Counted from the first letter of the stretch, positions 37,101 to 49,800 are shown. The stretch: 64,000 bases of DNA from Lingula anatina (GCA_051362555.1 CM120640.1:66318788-66382787), one strand, 5' to 3'. The notes: a model not told the origin generated them from the letters alone. Translations and numbers: made by a program.

Positions 37101-40100
37101 CTGGCAGAGATAGGTCCATAGTTACTATTGAAGTTGAATAGGAAGTCATATACTGGCAATCTTACTATGACCTTGAAATTGACCTTTGACCTACTTTTCA
37201 CCATGAACTGAACTTTGCAAATTTTTCTTCCCTTTTATCTCCAAAACTGGCAGAGATAGGTCCATAGTTACTATTGAACTTGAATAGGAAGTCATATACT
37301 GGCAATGTAAATGTGACCTTAAAATTGACCTTTGACCTACTTTACACCATGAACTGAATTTTGCAAATTTTGCTTTCCTTTTATCTCCAAAACTGGCAGA
37401 GATAGGTCTGTAGTTACTATTGAACTTGAATAGGAAGTCATATACTGGGAATCTATATGTGACATTAAAATTGACCTTTGACCTACTTTTCACCATGAAC
37501 TGAATTTTGCAAATTTTGCTTTCCTTTTATCTCCAAAACTGGCTGAGATAAGTCCGTAGTTACTATTGAATTGAATAGAAAGTCATATACTGGCAATCTA
37601 AATGTGACCTTAAAATTGACCTTTGACCTACTTTTCACCATAAACTGAACTTTGCAAAATTTGCTTCCCTTTTATCTCCAAAACTGGCAGAGATAGGTCC
37701 ATAGTTACTATTGAACTTGAATAGGAAGTCATATACTGGCAATCTAAATGTGACCTTAAAATTGACCTTTGACCTACTTTTCACCATGAACTGAATTTTG
37801 CAAATTTTGCTTTCCTTTTATCTCCAAAACTGGCTGAGATAGGTCCGTAGTTACTATTGAACTTGAATAGGAAGTCATATACTGGCAATCTAAATGTGAC
37901 CTTGAAATTGACCCTTGACCTACTTTTCACCATGAACTGAACTTTGCAAACTTTTCTGCCCTTTTATCTCCAAAACTGGCAGAGATAGGTCCATAGTTAC
38001 TATTGAACTTGAAAAGGAAGTCATATACTGGCAATCTAAATGTGACCTTAAAATTGACCTTTGACCTACTTTACACCATGAACTGAATTTTGCAAATTTT
38101 GCTTCCCTTTTATCTCCAAAACTGGCTGAGATAGGTCCATAGTTACTATTGAAGTTGAATAGGAAGTCATATACTGGCAATCTAAATGTGACCTTGAAAT
38201 TGACCTTTGACCTACTTTTCACCATGAACTGAACTTTGCAAACTTTTCTGCCCTTTTATCTCCAAAGCTGGCAGACATAGGTCCATAGTTACTATTGAAC
38301 TTGAAAAGGAAGTCATATACTGGCAATCTAAATGTGACCTTAAAATTGACCTTTGACCTACTTTACACCATGAACTGAATTTTGCAAATTTTGCTTCCCT
38401 TTTATCTCCAAAACTGGCTGAGATAGGTCTATAGTTACTATTGAACTTGAAAAGGAAGTCATATACTGGCAATCTAAATGTGACCTTAAAATTGACCTTT
38501 GACCTACTTTACACCATGAACTGAATTTTGCAAATTTTGCTTTCTTTTTGTCTCCAAAACTGGCTGAGATAGGTCCGTAGTTACTATTGAACTTGAATAG
38601 GAAGTCATAAACTGGCATTATAAATGTGACATTAAAATTGACCTTTGTCCTACTTTTCACCATAAACTGAACTTTGCAAATTTTGCTTCCCTTTTATCTC
38701 CAAAACTGGCAGAGATAGGTCCATAGTTACTATTGAACTTGAATAGAAAGTCATATACTGGCAATCTAAATGTGACCTTGAAATTGACCTTTGACCTACT
38801 TTTCACCATGAACTGAATTTTGCAAATTTTGCTTCCCTTTTATCTCCAAAACTGGCTGAGATAGGTCCATAGTTACTATTGAAGTTGAATAGGAAGTCCT
38901 ATACTGGCAATCTAAGTGTGACCTTGAAATTGACCTTTGACCTACTTTTTATCATGAACTGAACTCTGCTAATTTCTTTCTCTTTTAACTTCAAACTTGA
39001 CAGAGATAGGTCCATAGTTACTCTTGAACTTGAATAGGAAGTCATATACTGGCAATTTTCTGTGACCTTGAAATTGACCCTTGACCTACCTTACGAAGAA
39101 CTTAAATTTGATTGTACCATATATATTTTTTGCAATAGTTAAAAAATTCTTGTTGATTGCATTTTTACAGCTTGTCAAGCACAAAACTGGTGGCTGTGTC
39201 CCTTATTTTGTGTATGTGGGGGTCTATACGAATGCGTTTGCTCCAGCTGGTGGTGCAATATTTGGAGGCGGTATCGCCTCTCTGATCCTCTAGTTCTATC
39301 TTTGCCATCAGTGTGTATCATTAACTGAGGTATATTTAACAATTTCTTTCATCAAAGATTGGGTCCTATCTATATCAGTAAAGGAATATTTATTTTGTTA
39401 TAATGATTTTATTTCAGATTTCCGCAGAAGATTTTTGTCTTTGTTATCGTACCAGTTCCGCACTTTCCACCCATCTCTCTCCTTAAGTATTCTTCAACAG
39501 AAACAATGCAAAGAAAAGGAATCAGGTAGGTATTAGTCAGGATTGGGACTGATGATGGGGAAAAGGGGAGCAATGATTATATCCACCTTTTTTTTAAAGG
39601 GTGACCTTGTGCTTAATTTGTGGAATAGCTATGTATTTTTATGTGAAAGAAGGCATTGAAATGCTTCTCGGTATATATAATGAAAATCAGTATTTATTTC
39701 ATGTTGTTTTGACATTAAAAAATTTCCTATTTTAAGTAATCAGTGCAGAAGAGTTGGACAACTACTTCACTAAATATGACCTGAAGAGGCTAGAGCTGTA
39801 TTCCCAGAACATGGTAGACTATCATCTCATCATGGATTTACTGCCATCTATAGCCAGGCTGCACTTCCTAAACAAGACAGGGGTTCACATCAGTGCAGTA
39901 CAAGCTGTGAGTAGAACCTGAAGCCAAGAAATAAATCAAGGCTTGATTTTCTGACTACAGTCCATTGTTCAATATAACTGTAGTTAACAGAGATCTGCCT
40001 TACACTTAACAGGTTAAAAGTTTGATGGTCAGAACATTTGATTGCTTTTAGACTGTACCTCTACTAACTCCTGCTACATCCCCCTGTATTTGCAGGCTAT

Positions 40101-40266
40101 CTTGGTGTCCATGGGTCTCCAGCACAAGAGTGTGGAAGATGTGGAGAAGGACATGGAGGTGCCGTCCAGTCAGTTACTGGGCTTGTTCAACAGAGTCATA
40201 CGGAAAATGGTGCAGGTGAGTAGACATAGGTAAAATGGACTGATCTATGGGGCAATATTTGTCTTA

Positions 40267-40363
<97 letters not shown>

Positions 40364-43156
40364 AGTAAAAAGGGCAACAATGAATATGAAGAAGAAAGTG
40401 TAGAAATGCCCTGTAAATATGATTAATGTAAGAATTTTGTTTTAGTTTATTAGATTATATAGTGTTATCTGTATGACGATATGTGTAATGAAATATTAAT
40501 GCATGTAAAATAAATCATGCATCAAAGGCTACCTGGGTTAAAAAAAATCTGATTGCAGCAATTCAACCAGATTGCTGAAGAGGCAGTGGAAAAAGATATG
40601 GTTGCAAGAAAAGAGGTTATCATGGAACCAGTGAAGAATTCTCTAGATCAGGAATTGGTAAGAATGAGAATAATATAACTTGTTTTATTAGAAACCAAAG
40701 CAGTGGTAAATTGAAACAAACTCTGAAAAGAAAACTGACATATCAGGTATTTCAGTGATGAGCTACACAACTAATGCACTAATACTGTAAATTAATAATC
40801 TATTACTGAAACTTACCCGCCCACCTTTTATGATAATATTTTACTATTTCTGCATATTTAAGATTAAAATAATCCCTCTATTTTACAGGGTGAAGCTGCA
40901 GCAGAGGTCGCAAAGAAGCAGAAAAAGGATCTTGAGTTACTAAAAGATGCAGATTTGAGCCAGTATACAATTAAAGGCAGTGAAGGAGACTGGGAAAATG
41001 CCCTTACGAAAGGAACAAAGGGACTTCTCAGTGTAAAGAGGTGGGAAACTTAAAATTGTTAGGTCTTTACAAACATGTCCATTTGTTGACCCTTTATTTC
41101 TGTTTAGGTGTAGGGCATCCAAATCTATTTGAATTTTTCATCTTTATAACAAATTTTGAATGTTCCTGCGATTCCATTGTCTTAATTGTGGCTTCTGGCA
41201 GGAGTTGCAGGTTCCCAGGCACGTATCTTAGTAATAATGTAATTGTACCACCAGCGTTAGCGCTGGCGGTACACATGGTTTTAGTCCCGTCCGGTCCGTT
41301 CCGCCGGCTCCTGCGGCTCCGCCGCCATGTTACCGTTACCGCTTCTCCTCCTAGACGGTAAGGGCCCCCATACCCATCTCTTGGATTTAGGTCACCTATA
41401 ATCTCAACTCGTTCCACGTAAAATTTGGGCTTTGTCGGTATTGGGGTCTAGGTGTGGCATTCATTGCAATGCACCCTTGTCCAAAAATGGCAAAATTAAA
41501 TGCTAATTATCTACCCTACGGAAGGAATTATGGGAAAAATTTCTACAGACGGCTTTCCAAAAGTCATATGTGTAGATTTCAAATATGCCCTTGGATTTGA
41601 CCTTTGACCTTTATTTCAAGGTCAAACAGGCCAAATTTTTCAAAAAAATGAATTTTTTTACGAAAAAAAAATTATTTGCGCTGTTATTCAGACACCACAC
41701 AGACTTAACCAATAATATTATTGGAAAATGATACCCTTCAGGTCATCTTTCATCTCCGTGAATTTGGGGTCAATCGGTGCATTTTAACGGGAGTAGCGGC
41801 CATAAGATACCGAAACTGAAAACTGTCTCTAATTCGGGGACCGTTAATGCTAGAGACCCATTCTTTTTTGCATTTTGTAGAGCATGTAAAGCCCAACACT
41901 GGTAGTGGTCTCCGTTTTTTTGTATTCCATACGGTTTTCGAGCTACGCTGTATCAAAAAGTACATATTGGTGGTAAAAGCAAAATGTGCAGTACGGTAAT
42001 GGATAATAAATTTTGAACTCTGGAAAAATAAAACATAAGGCTTGGCAAAGCAGACAACTTGTGGTCAAAAATGACATTATTTCATCAAATTTGAACATCT
42101 GGAACTTCAGAGCACCTCTTATTTCAAGAATTTTGACCAAAATGACCTTTTCTTTATTTTAATTAATTTTTTCTGTAGGAAATTTATGGCACATTATGGT
42201 AACTCCAAAATTAAAACATATAGTCCCTTATATCTCCAAAACTGGCAGAGATAGGTCCATAGTTACTATTGAAGTTGAATAGGAAGTCATATACTGGCAA
42301 TCTAAATGTGACCTTGAAATTGACCTTTGACCTACTTTTCACCATGAACTGAACTTTGCATATTTTTTTTCCCTTTTATCTACAAAACTGGCAGAGATAG
42401 GTCCATAGTTACTATTGAACTTGAATAGGAAGTCAGAGATAGGTCCATAGTTTCTATTGAACTTGCATGGAAAGTCATATACTGGCAATCTAAGTGTGAC
42501 CTTGAAATTGACCTTTGACCTACTTTTTATCATGAATTGAATTTTGCAAATTTTGGTTCCCTTTTATCTCCAAAACTGGCAGAGATAGGTCCATAGTTTC
42601 TATTGAACTTGCATGGAAAGTCATATACTGGCAATCTAAATGTGACCTTGAAATTGACCTTTGACCTACTTTTCACTATGAACTGAACTTTGCAAATTTC
42701 TTTCTCTTTTAACTCCAAACCTGGCAGAGATAGGTCCATAGTTACCATTAAAGTTGAATATGAAGTCATATACTGGCAATTTACTGTGACCTTGAAATTG
42801 ACCTTTGACCTACCTTACGATGAACTTAACTTTGATTGTACCATTTTAAGTTATATTTATTTTTTTGCATATTTTGAAAATTCTTGTTGATTGCATTTTT
42901 ACAGCTTGTCAAGCATAAGACTGGTGGCTGTGTCCCTTCTTTTGTGTATGTGGGGGTCTATACGAATGCACTTGCTCCAGCTGGTGGTACAATATTCGGA
43001 GGCGGTATCGCCTCTCTGATCCTCTAGTTACCTCTGCTTCTGTTTATTTTTAGTGGAGTTCAGGAGAAGAGAAAGAGTGTGGACAGCACTAGCTTTGAAC
43101 AGCAAACACCAGGGAAACACAAAAAACACAAGAAACAAAAACACCATAAACATTAA
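19913..43156 (+). CDS. NAT10: RNA cytidine acetyltransferase NAT10 (Kre33)
   Basis: 26 coding exons (approximate): 19913-20020, 25157-25248, 25564-25735, 26075-26197, 27348-27409, 27756-27870, 28143-28250, 31682-31815, 32097-32190, 32402-32500, 32681-32817, 33151-33278, 33539-33786, 34030-34146, 34411-34512, 34794-34868, 35046-35159, 35272-35405, 35584-35633, 35849-35951, 39418-39525, 39737-39906, 40096-40215, 40559-40657, 40889-41040, 43054-43156(TAA). Motifs: MVRKKIDNRIRIMIENG, LQDFEALTPNLLARTVETVEGGG, Walker A TAARGRGKSAALG, IDEAAAIP, SHYKNTPNDLQ, GNAT RIATHPDYQGMGYG, and a Lys-rich C-terminus. Confidence 0.98.
20149..21430 (+). repeat. ~161-bp satellite-like tandem array (~8 copies)
   Basis: Unit begins CCGATAACACGATAAGTGGAAAACC and contains GCAGGTCAAGTTCGAAAATCAGCATGATCGGGTCA. 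Starts at ~20149, 20310, 20472, 20633, 20794, 20955, 21126, 21290. Confidence 0.95.
23899..23971. repeat. (TA)n microsatellite
   Basis: Direct reading. Confidence 0.95.
24019..24203 (+). mobile_element. Short Helentron-type element (family B) nested inside family A
   Basis: Perfect 13-bp sub-terminal IR ACCTCTGCCAAGG / CCTTGGCAGAGGT; 3' hairpin GCACTC-TCG-GAGTGC; terminal TTTTCTAGT; T-rich insertion site. The paralogous segment at ~22520-22560 lacks the insert. Confidence 0.85.
25058..25122. repeat. (TG)n microsatellite
   Basis: Direct reading; ends ~35 nt upstream of the NAT10 exon 2 acceptor. Confidence 0.95.
26177..26605 (+). repeat. 39-bp minisatellite x11 spanning the NAT10 exon 4 / intron 4 boundary
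   Basis: Unit CAGCTGTATACCATGACTATG|GTAGGTGACATCAAATAA. The first copy supplies the real exon end (QLYTMTM) and donor at 26198. Confidence 0.97.
26757..27198 (-). mobile_element. Solo-LTR-like insertion
   Basis: CpG-richer ~440-bp island. On the minus strand it starts TGTTGTG and ends TGCA, with TATTTAAG, a purine-rich tract and AATAAA in LTR-like order. Only a 3-bp flanking duplication (TAA) is seen, so the boundaries are uncertain. Confidence 0.5.
28256..28330. repeat. (TTTA)n microsatellite
   Basis: Direct reading; starts right after the NAT10 exon 7 donor and reads as tandem AATAAA on the ASB strand. Confidence 0.95.
28806..30071 (-). CDS. Ankyrin repeat and SOCS box (ASB) protein, nested antisense in NAT10 intron 7
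   Basis: Uninterrupted 421-aa ORF from MGNCVSS (an alternative in-frame ATG lies at 30122). About 7 ankyrin repeats (QPLHEAAYYGH, TALSLAAKRGH, TVLHLMA, TPIYLA, TYLHLAALDGF, TPLILA, NAFHYA). C-terminal SOCS box VPSLQQICRLAIR...LPLPKVLKYYV (BC-box plus Cul5-box). Confidence 0.93.
   Translation of the reverse strand: MGNCVSSNSSNQDSAIFLQLSSKGEAALVLDNSRGFVSKPLFPKRRSGPESHVLKNGCYTHNDGGSNENDEIDGDDGERVSPNTPTEHLFSDIHSASISFVRGIHHLSIRSSRKWSNNWLSQPLHEAAYYGHQHVVDLFIDAGINLNGYDKGHNTALSLAAKRGHIHIVQRLVQAGCDVNAVNNGGNTVLHLMASTGDDDITELLLKAGADANIFNSQNHTPIYLALTHRNLAVLNKLIAGGANVHHQALSGQTYLHLAALDGFPQAVLQLLKNGAEFNVQDCNGNTPLILATKARCLKSMQYLLQFGCNPNLQNGLGKNAFHYAILAAPHADERALIMLLLAGAQIDKHDREMLSTAILGSQTASLLDDLLLSVPSLQQICRLAIRTKLKIPILPKVAMLPLPKVLKYYVILNDLGGLTR
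31104..31155. repeat. poly(T) tract
   Basis: Direct reading. Confidence 0.95.
34513..34793 (+). other. NAT10: Non-canonical GC-AG intron in NAT10
   Basis: CAG|GCAAGT donor. This junction gives the conserved GDLIPWTISQQ|FQDHDF; the nearest GT (+4) would shift the frame. Confidence 0.85.
36091..39294 (+). mobile_element. Non-autonomous Helentron-type element, family C, copy 1 (long 146-bp array)
   Basis: 5' TAATTGTACCACCAGCG-TTA-GCGCTGGCGGTAC hairpin/subTIR; CCGCCGGCT micro-repeats; ~14 tandem 146-bp units (~37090-39090); 3' subTIR GCTGGTGGTGCAA; hairpin GAGGCG-GTAT-CGCCTC; terminal CTAGT; T|T insertion with no TSD. Confidence 0.9.
37090..39090 (+). repeat. 146-bp satellite-like tandem array (~14 copies)
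   Basis: Unit ATCTCCAAAACTGGCAGAGATAGGTCCATAGTTACTATTGAACTTGAATAGGAAGTCATATACTGGCAATCTAAATGTGACCTTGAAATTGACCTTTGACCTACTTTTCACCATGAACTGAA... The period shows in the ORF track offsets (37920, 38212, 38358). Confidence 0.97.
40276..40360. repeat. (TA)n microsatellite
   Basis: Direct reading. Confidence 0.95.
41240..43028 (+). mobile_element. Helentron-type element family C, copy 2 (short array)
   Basis: Same termini and ~1-kb 5' module as copy 1; only ~4 units of the 146-bp repeat, with an internal rearrangement near 42430. Ends 25 bp before the acceptor of the last NAT10 exon. Confidence 0.9.
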
Positions 43157-46100
43157 CAGGACTACAAAGAAAGTCTAAATTTATTTTGTGAGGATGGCGT
43201 AGAATTATCTAAGCAGTAGTTAAAACAGTTAAATAAATAGAAAAGCCTTTGTCACGCATTAATGACATGACAATTTGGATACACGGATATAGGTTTCCAC
43301 TGACGATAAATTTTGTCAGAGACCAGAACTTTAAGGATGGATTAAGATCTGGATCCAGTGAGTGGAGAGCCAGCCTTGTATTTTGATGTTATTTGTCAGC
43401 AGCACTGATGTGAAATACTATTTCCAGAATAAATAAATGATCATGCTTTTATTTCTTTCTTTTCATGAATGTAACATACATCAAACCAGGTTAAACCTGT
43501 CAATAATTCTTGAATATATTAATAAAATTTCATTTCTTATTTAAATAAGAAGTAAGAAATTGTAAATACACATAAAAAGTAAAAATTCTGTTTGAATTTG
43601 TTATGTTGTTTGTTTCGCTCTATTTTTTTAAGTGAATAGATTAACATGTAAATGTGAGTTTTTTGTTTTAAACCAACCATCAAAAATAGCCTGTGCTTCT
43701 GTTTTGAAGGAATTGTGGACCTGCATCCTATAATTGCTACCCATTGCTAAAAATTTGCATCATTAATGAAAATTAAATGAAAACAAAGGTGTTTATATAA
43801 TTTTTACGTACATCACTGTCAGTATCCAACACATTTGTTCTTCACACTGTATTTATATTTCAATTTACCAAATTCATTTTTTGGTCAAAAAGATTTAATT
43901 TCAAAATGTTTTTGACCATTTTTTTTTTTGCATGTTATTTGGCATGTTCACCATATTAGTGCCTAGCTGTCCTTAAATTTACTATAAATTTTTAGTTGGA
44001 CAAGTTTATTTCAACATTTACTGCAATGATTATTCATGTTATAAGTACACAATGGTTTTTACTACTTTGCCTCTGTATATTTGCCAGCTTTGCTGTCAGT
44101 CGATTAGCACTAAATTAACTGCAGACATGCCACAAAAAATTACTTTCTGCAAAAGATTTATGAACAATCCCATTAAGTAAACATCCTTTTGAAAATGCCT
44201 GTCAATGAGAAAAATAACACAACTTTGTATGTTTCATTTATTTATCTTACAAAACATTTTTACAGGTGTACTGCAGCATTTCACTGCATGATTTTTAAAA
44301 ATGTACACATTTGGTTTTCCCTTGAAATTGTCAAGAGGAAAAGTCATCTACAGGTTACTCCTGAACAGATTAACCCAAAGTACAAAGGGTCACCATTAAT
44401 GCATGAAAAATCCAGAGATTACACTGCTAGGAGAGCTGTACTTTGAATCCAACAGATCCTTCATTTGCGGATAGGCAATTAATCAAATATTTTTAATGAT
44501 AAATCAACTTTTTCACCACTGTTAACTCTGATCCAGCCAGAGATGAAAAGAAAACGTCTTCAGTCCAAGTTTCATCTGTATTGTTTTAATATATATTGCT
44601 GAAATTTAATGTTGAGTAAAAGGAAAAATCTCAAATTCATATTCATCAAAAATGTCATTAAATGAGCAGTTTTGTGGTCTTGTTTTAAAATAGATCACTG
44701 CTGTCGTCAGTTATCTCATTTCATATTCCAGAAACCAAAAGTTTTAAAAACTGAGATACCTTTTTAATGCACCTGTCAAGGAACACAAACCAATTGGTGA
44801 CTGATAACAGTATTTACGTGTATTAAAAAATGACAAAAAATACTTTACAGGTACTGACTATGGTATTTATGGCAGTGTATTTACTTGGTGCCTTTGAGAT
44901 CAAAAGGAATTCCTAACAGTCACCCCACTGCATTGCCACGGCGTCTTATACATAACTACATTCTGCCACTGGCAAGGTGCTTGCTTATACAATGGCTTAG
45001 GAACAAATATATTTATACTTAATACAAATGTAGGAAAAAACTTCCTTCAGAGTCCAAAGTTCGACAAAGGGAAGCTTAATTACAACCAGTAAGATTCATT
45101 TTGTGCTGCAAGCATCCCTCCGGAATGTTTGTGTACTGCACTAAAATTATTAGTGATAGGGATTGCACAAATGCAGTCTAATGTATTCAATTTTGACCTT
45201 TAAAAATCTCCCATATATAATATTTGATCTTTCTCAATAATTATTTTTAAAAATTTAGTCATTTGATTTCGCTGACCATTACATTAAATTAAGTGATTTT
45301 TATATCCAGGTTCAAGACCATAATTACTGTATCACAACAATGCAGAGACATCTGATGACTGATTTGATTCATTTGGGGACTCAGCAGTCACACAATTCAA
45401 TAGTAATTGCAAATTTGGATTATAAACAATACACATCAATAATCCAAATTCATCGAGATCTGTATAAAATCTGTAGAATCCTTACAACAGTTACATCTGC
45501 CCTAAAACAAGAATGATACTACTTATAGTACAAACCAGCTAGCTTGTTTAGCTCCAGGCTGACGTTCATGCAACAAGTCTCTGTATTGATTTCTGAGCAC
45601 ATCGGATCTTAACCCTGCACCGATCAAAAACAACAGCTACAAGCTGCAACAAATCACCATAATTAACACTTGCCATTACTTTGTGCAGATAAAAAAACAC
45701 GGTTTAAGGCTGTGACAGCTGACCTCGAAGGACAGTTTCCCTATCACATCTTAAATGCATGCCCTTTCTTCATGTGTCACCCTTTAAAATGAATAATTTT
45801 TCCCTTAGGCCCCTTATCACGATGGTGGGTCTTACTGTAACACTAAATGGCTCCCAGGCAAGTTAATACTTTCACCTCATCAAATGCACCAGTAAAAATT
45901 TAAACACTATAAAAAGAATAAAACAGATCCCTAACCATGCTAACTGTCACAATGTATATGGCAGTCAAAGAACTTGGTGTCAAATAACTTAATAAACAAC
46001 ATTCAGCCTTAAAACAGTATCCCACATGACTATTTAATACCACTGATATTTCTACATGGGACTACAAGATGTGAATCAGAGAATAGGGTAACCATTAATT

Positions 46101-46830
46101 GTGAACGTATGTCATGTATGTACATATTTTGTTGAAAAGATCTAGGTTTAAACAACAAATATAAGGCCAGGTTTATGTGGTAAAATGTATCAGGTAAGTT
46201 ATGCCTCCCATTTCTCACACAGTTATCAAAGGTATTTATCAAAATGAAAATTAAAAAAAAATGTCATATGGATTTATACCAAAGGCATTTTCAAAGAAAA
46301 AAAAACAAAAAAAAAAAAAAACGAGATAATTCTATCCCTGAAAATTACTTTGAATTCATGGCAAAGTCAATCAGCACCATGGCATCTTGCTCCTTGAATG
46401 GTGGGAACACCAACTTGCATAGCAGGTCAAATCTTTCAATTGAACACGTGATCTGCTTCACCGGTCTCCCCTACTTCAATACGGCAAGTAAATCCAAGAT
46501 TACTTACACACATTCTACACAGCAGCTTCTGCTTGCAGTTGAACTGTTTGTTGAACAAAACTTGTACACCAAACACAACCCGTGTCCACTTTTATACAGG
46601 ACTGTCAACAGCGCCTTCCTCAGCACTGGGTAACCTCTCTATGCATGGGGGAAAGCTCTATACTGGCTATTCACCCAAAGTGTGCTTGGTCACCAATGTG
46701 ATCTGAACTTGTGTAATTCAAAATATATATTATATACATTTTATGTACAAAAAGCTTCTTGTGAATAAGCATATGGAAGTGACATTGTTTACTCTCCTTG
46801 CATTCCAAGGACACAACCAGAAAACTGCAC

Positions 46831-49800
46831 CTATTCACTCAAATACTTTTTCTCACTCCGTGCTCGTTTTGATTTCCTCTTTGTCATCTTGGAGTCTTTA
46901 CACTGCTGACATACAAAGTCATCAGGGATGTTACTCTTGCGAATTTTAGCACAGGACAGATGAATCCACGTGTTACACTCTGAACACTCTATCATTGGTC
47001 GGCCAGCGTAAGGTTTCATGCAAAAACATGTGATTAAGTCCTGATCCTCGTCATCTGAAATGTACACAAAACAGACAAGATTAAGAAAAGTGCCTAACAC
47101 TTTGATCTCTTTTCAGTAGGGCATTCATGTTTTAATGTAACATGACCTTTTATCATTTTGATCTACTGAAGCGGTGCCCAAGGTTACCACTTAGTTGAGA
47201 AAAGAAAATTCCCTGACTTTTCACTGACCAACACCATCCTATTTTTTGGCTTCCATATCCCCTACAGCCATCTAATCCACCCACATTTTTTCATCAAACC
47301 AATTTTTACTATAATTTACAAGATAACAAACATTCACATATCAGAATTAAGATAATGCTGAAAGACTGTCATCCCCACAAAGAATTTCTTTCTAGAATTT
47401 TATTTTTCCTGACTGCAAACACCCATCAATGACACCTTACAATAAGAAGAAGTATAAAACTATTGTCCACTCCTTACCCATAGCCACTAGTCTGTCTGGG
47501 TCCTGTCCTCCTAACATACTGAAGGAACTTGAGGTGGATTCTGAGGTGTAGCTGTCAGCAGTGCTGCCCCCACTGTCTAATGGACTGGTATTGTGAGCTG
47601 CTCGCAGCTCCTGAAGGATAACAAATCATTTGTTATAAGTCCACATGATTGAAAATAATATTATTTATCTTTTCCTAACAATTGAGAATAATCATATATT
47701 TTTCTTCATTAAAAACAAAATAATCCACCATAAGAAATTTTCTGGTGTATTTTATTACATAGTTGTTTAACATTTATCTAAACGCCCAAATAGTATCTCT
47801 CTGTTCCACAATTAAATCCCAGTGGATTAAGTGACAGTTACTGTGGGCTGTATATCATGCAATCTTTTAAATGGGTCAAGGTCATATGAATGGAAGGTTA
47901 GCTCAGCTGATCGAGAGAAACACGTTTATAGTGCTACAAACATTAACTTTATGGTGATCAAAGTATGGACTAAGGTAAGGTGAAAATCTACACAAATATC
48001 TTTTTATTTTTTGAAAATATGTCAGTTCAATATTCAGAAAACTAGAATTAAAATTTAAAACTAACCAGAATTGTAACATAGGCATTTTGAGATAAAAATA
48101 AGAAAATGTCATGAGAACAATTTCACTAACCTCTTGTTTGTATGACTCATACTGTGTGTAAGCTAGGACTATGTTGCAAAATGTGAAGAAATCCTCTTTG
48201 GTTCTGTGTCTTTTGGGACTAGGGGAACCATACCAATGCTGTAAATCAAAATGAAGAAAATACACTTTATATCTTTTCCATAGACTTATATCCCAAATAC
48301 ACACTTTATACCCAAACTCATACACATTCTATATACAAACTTATCAAAAACTATCATTAGACATTTCTTAAAAATACAACTTTTCTTCCATACCTCAGAA
48401 CTGACATTTGACAAAATCTCCATGTCTGATCTTTTTTGATTGTTATTTTCAGGTTTTGATCAAGAGATGCTAAGCTTTACACTACAAGGTCTAGATACAT
48501 GAATAGTCTTCCCACACATCCAGCCAGTATACTAGATCCAAGTTTAATGAATGTCCCCTCCAATCAGGTAAATGTCAATCCAAGTAAGCACTTGTCCTTT
48601 GCTGACACGCTCCTTGCATGACGTGACTGATGTCCTGGGTGACACTATATCATTGGTATACATATACATAGTGGATATAATAGTGTCTGACCTCCTGAGG
48701 CCTCTTAACTAACAAAAACTCCTGCTCTATTTCCAGCAAGAAATAACCTAGTATTCAAGGTGAGATGTTGAAAAGACACTCCATCCCTGAAGTAAACAAG
48801 GACCTCAGTTTAAGGACGGGTAAACAAGCGTGCAGGTAACAGAGACATCTACAGTGCACAGCCAGCATGTACCCGATTACAGACTTGTTTTCAACTACAG
48901 CATTGTGATCAATACAGAGCTTCTATACACACTGTTTAAACCACTTGAAAATACTGAATAAACAGTGTGCTGTTCAGGCCTTTGACAAGGAAACAATAGG
49001 ACAAATGTCACTAGATTTATGGTTCTACGGCAAGTAAGAACAGATTAACTAATACAGATGAGAAATTAAGAAAGTGGATATGATTGGATAATATGTGAAT
49101 CAGTCAACCAAGGACAAGGCCATTAACAGTCTAGCACTAAGTCAGTGATATCATATTATGCTGGCAAAACTTGAATTCATTTAATATATGCATTGTATAC
49201 ATTGTCCCATATCCATATATGCTCTGAATACATAAACAGCAAATGTCTAACATGAAATCAGTGCTTAAGTTGATATTTTGCAGCCCTAGATACACGACAC
49301 ATTTATTTTTTAACTCTTAAACCTATTTGAATGTTACATTCACATAAAACCTTAAGTATATACATTGAGTTGTAGCCGTAGGAATATGTCCATATAGAGT
49401 CCAATGTAAATGACAGCTGGGAACATTACCGTCTAAAACAATACCCAAGGTACAGACTACCTGACCCAGATAGGGTAAAAGCTCTGCTGCAGATTTGACA
49501 TTGGCAGGCAAGTTACAGTGTTGCAGGAGTTTCCATGCACATGCTTCTAAATCTAATAAGAGTTCAGGATTTTAACTTGATATTTACATTAAATGCACTG
49601 TTAAGGCATCTTTACTTAAAAGTATTTTGTGCAAAATTTTAATAAAGGTAAATATGCAAAACTGTATAGAGGTAGTAAATTGATTTACGTGCTGCGCATA
49701 CTATTATCAGCTTGGTCGGCATTTTAAGTAGACTAGTCCAAATGGAATAAAAAGCCCTGGTTTTTCCTCCTCCCTCTCCCATTTTTTTTTTTTTTTTTTT

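Noticed and set aside
37191-38663. Repeated ~100-aa ORFs (MVKSRSKVNF...)
   Set aside because: Translations of the 146-bp satellite; they shift frame each unit and have no domain signature. The same applies to ORFs at 41094-42890 in copy 2.
40751-40810. Possible intronic C/D snoRNA in NAT10 (GTGATGA...CTGA)
   Set aside because: Short and AT-rich, with no recognisable C'/D' boxes or rRNA-complementary guide; the terminal complementarity overlaps the boxes. A snoscan/Infernal run would be needed to revive it.
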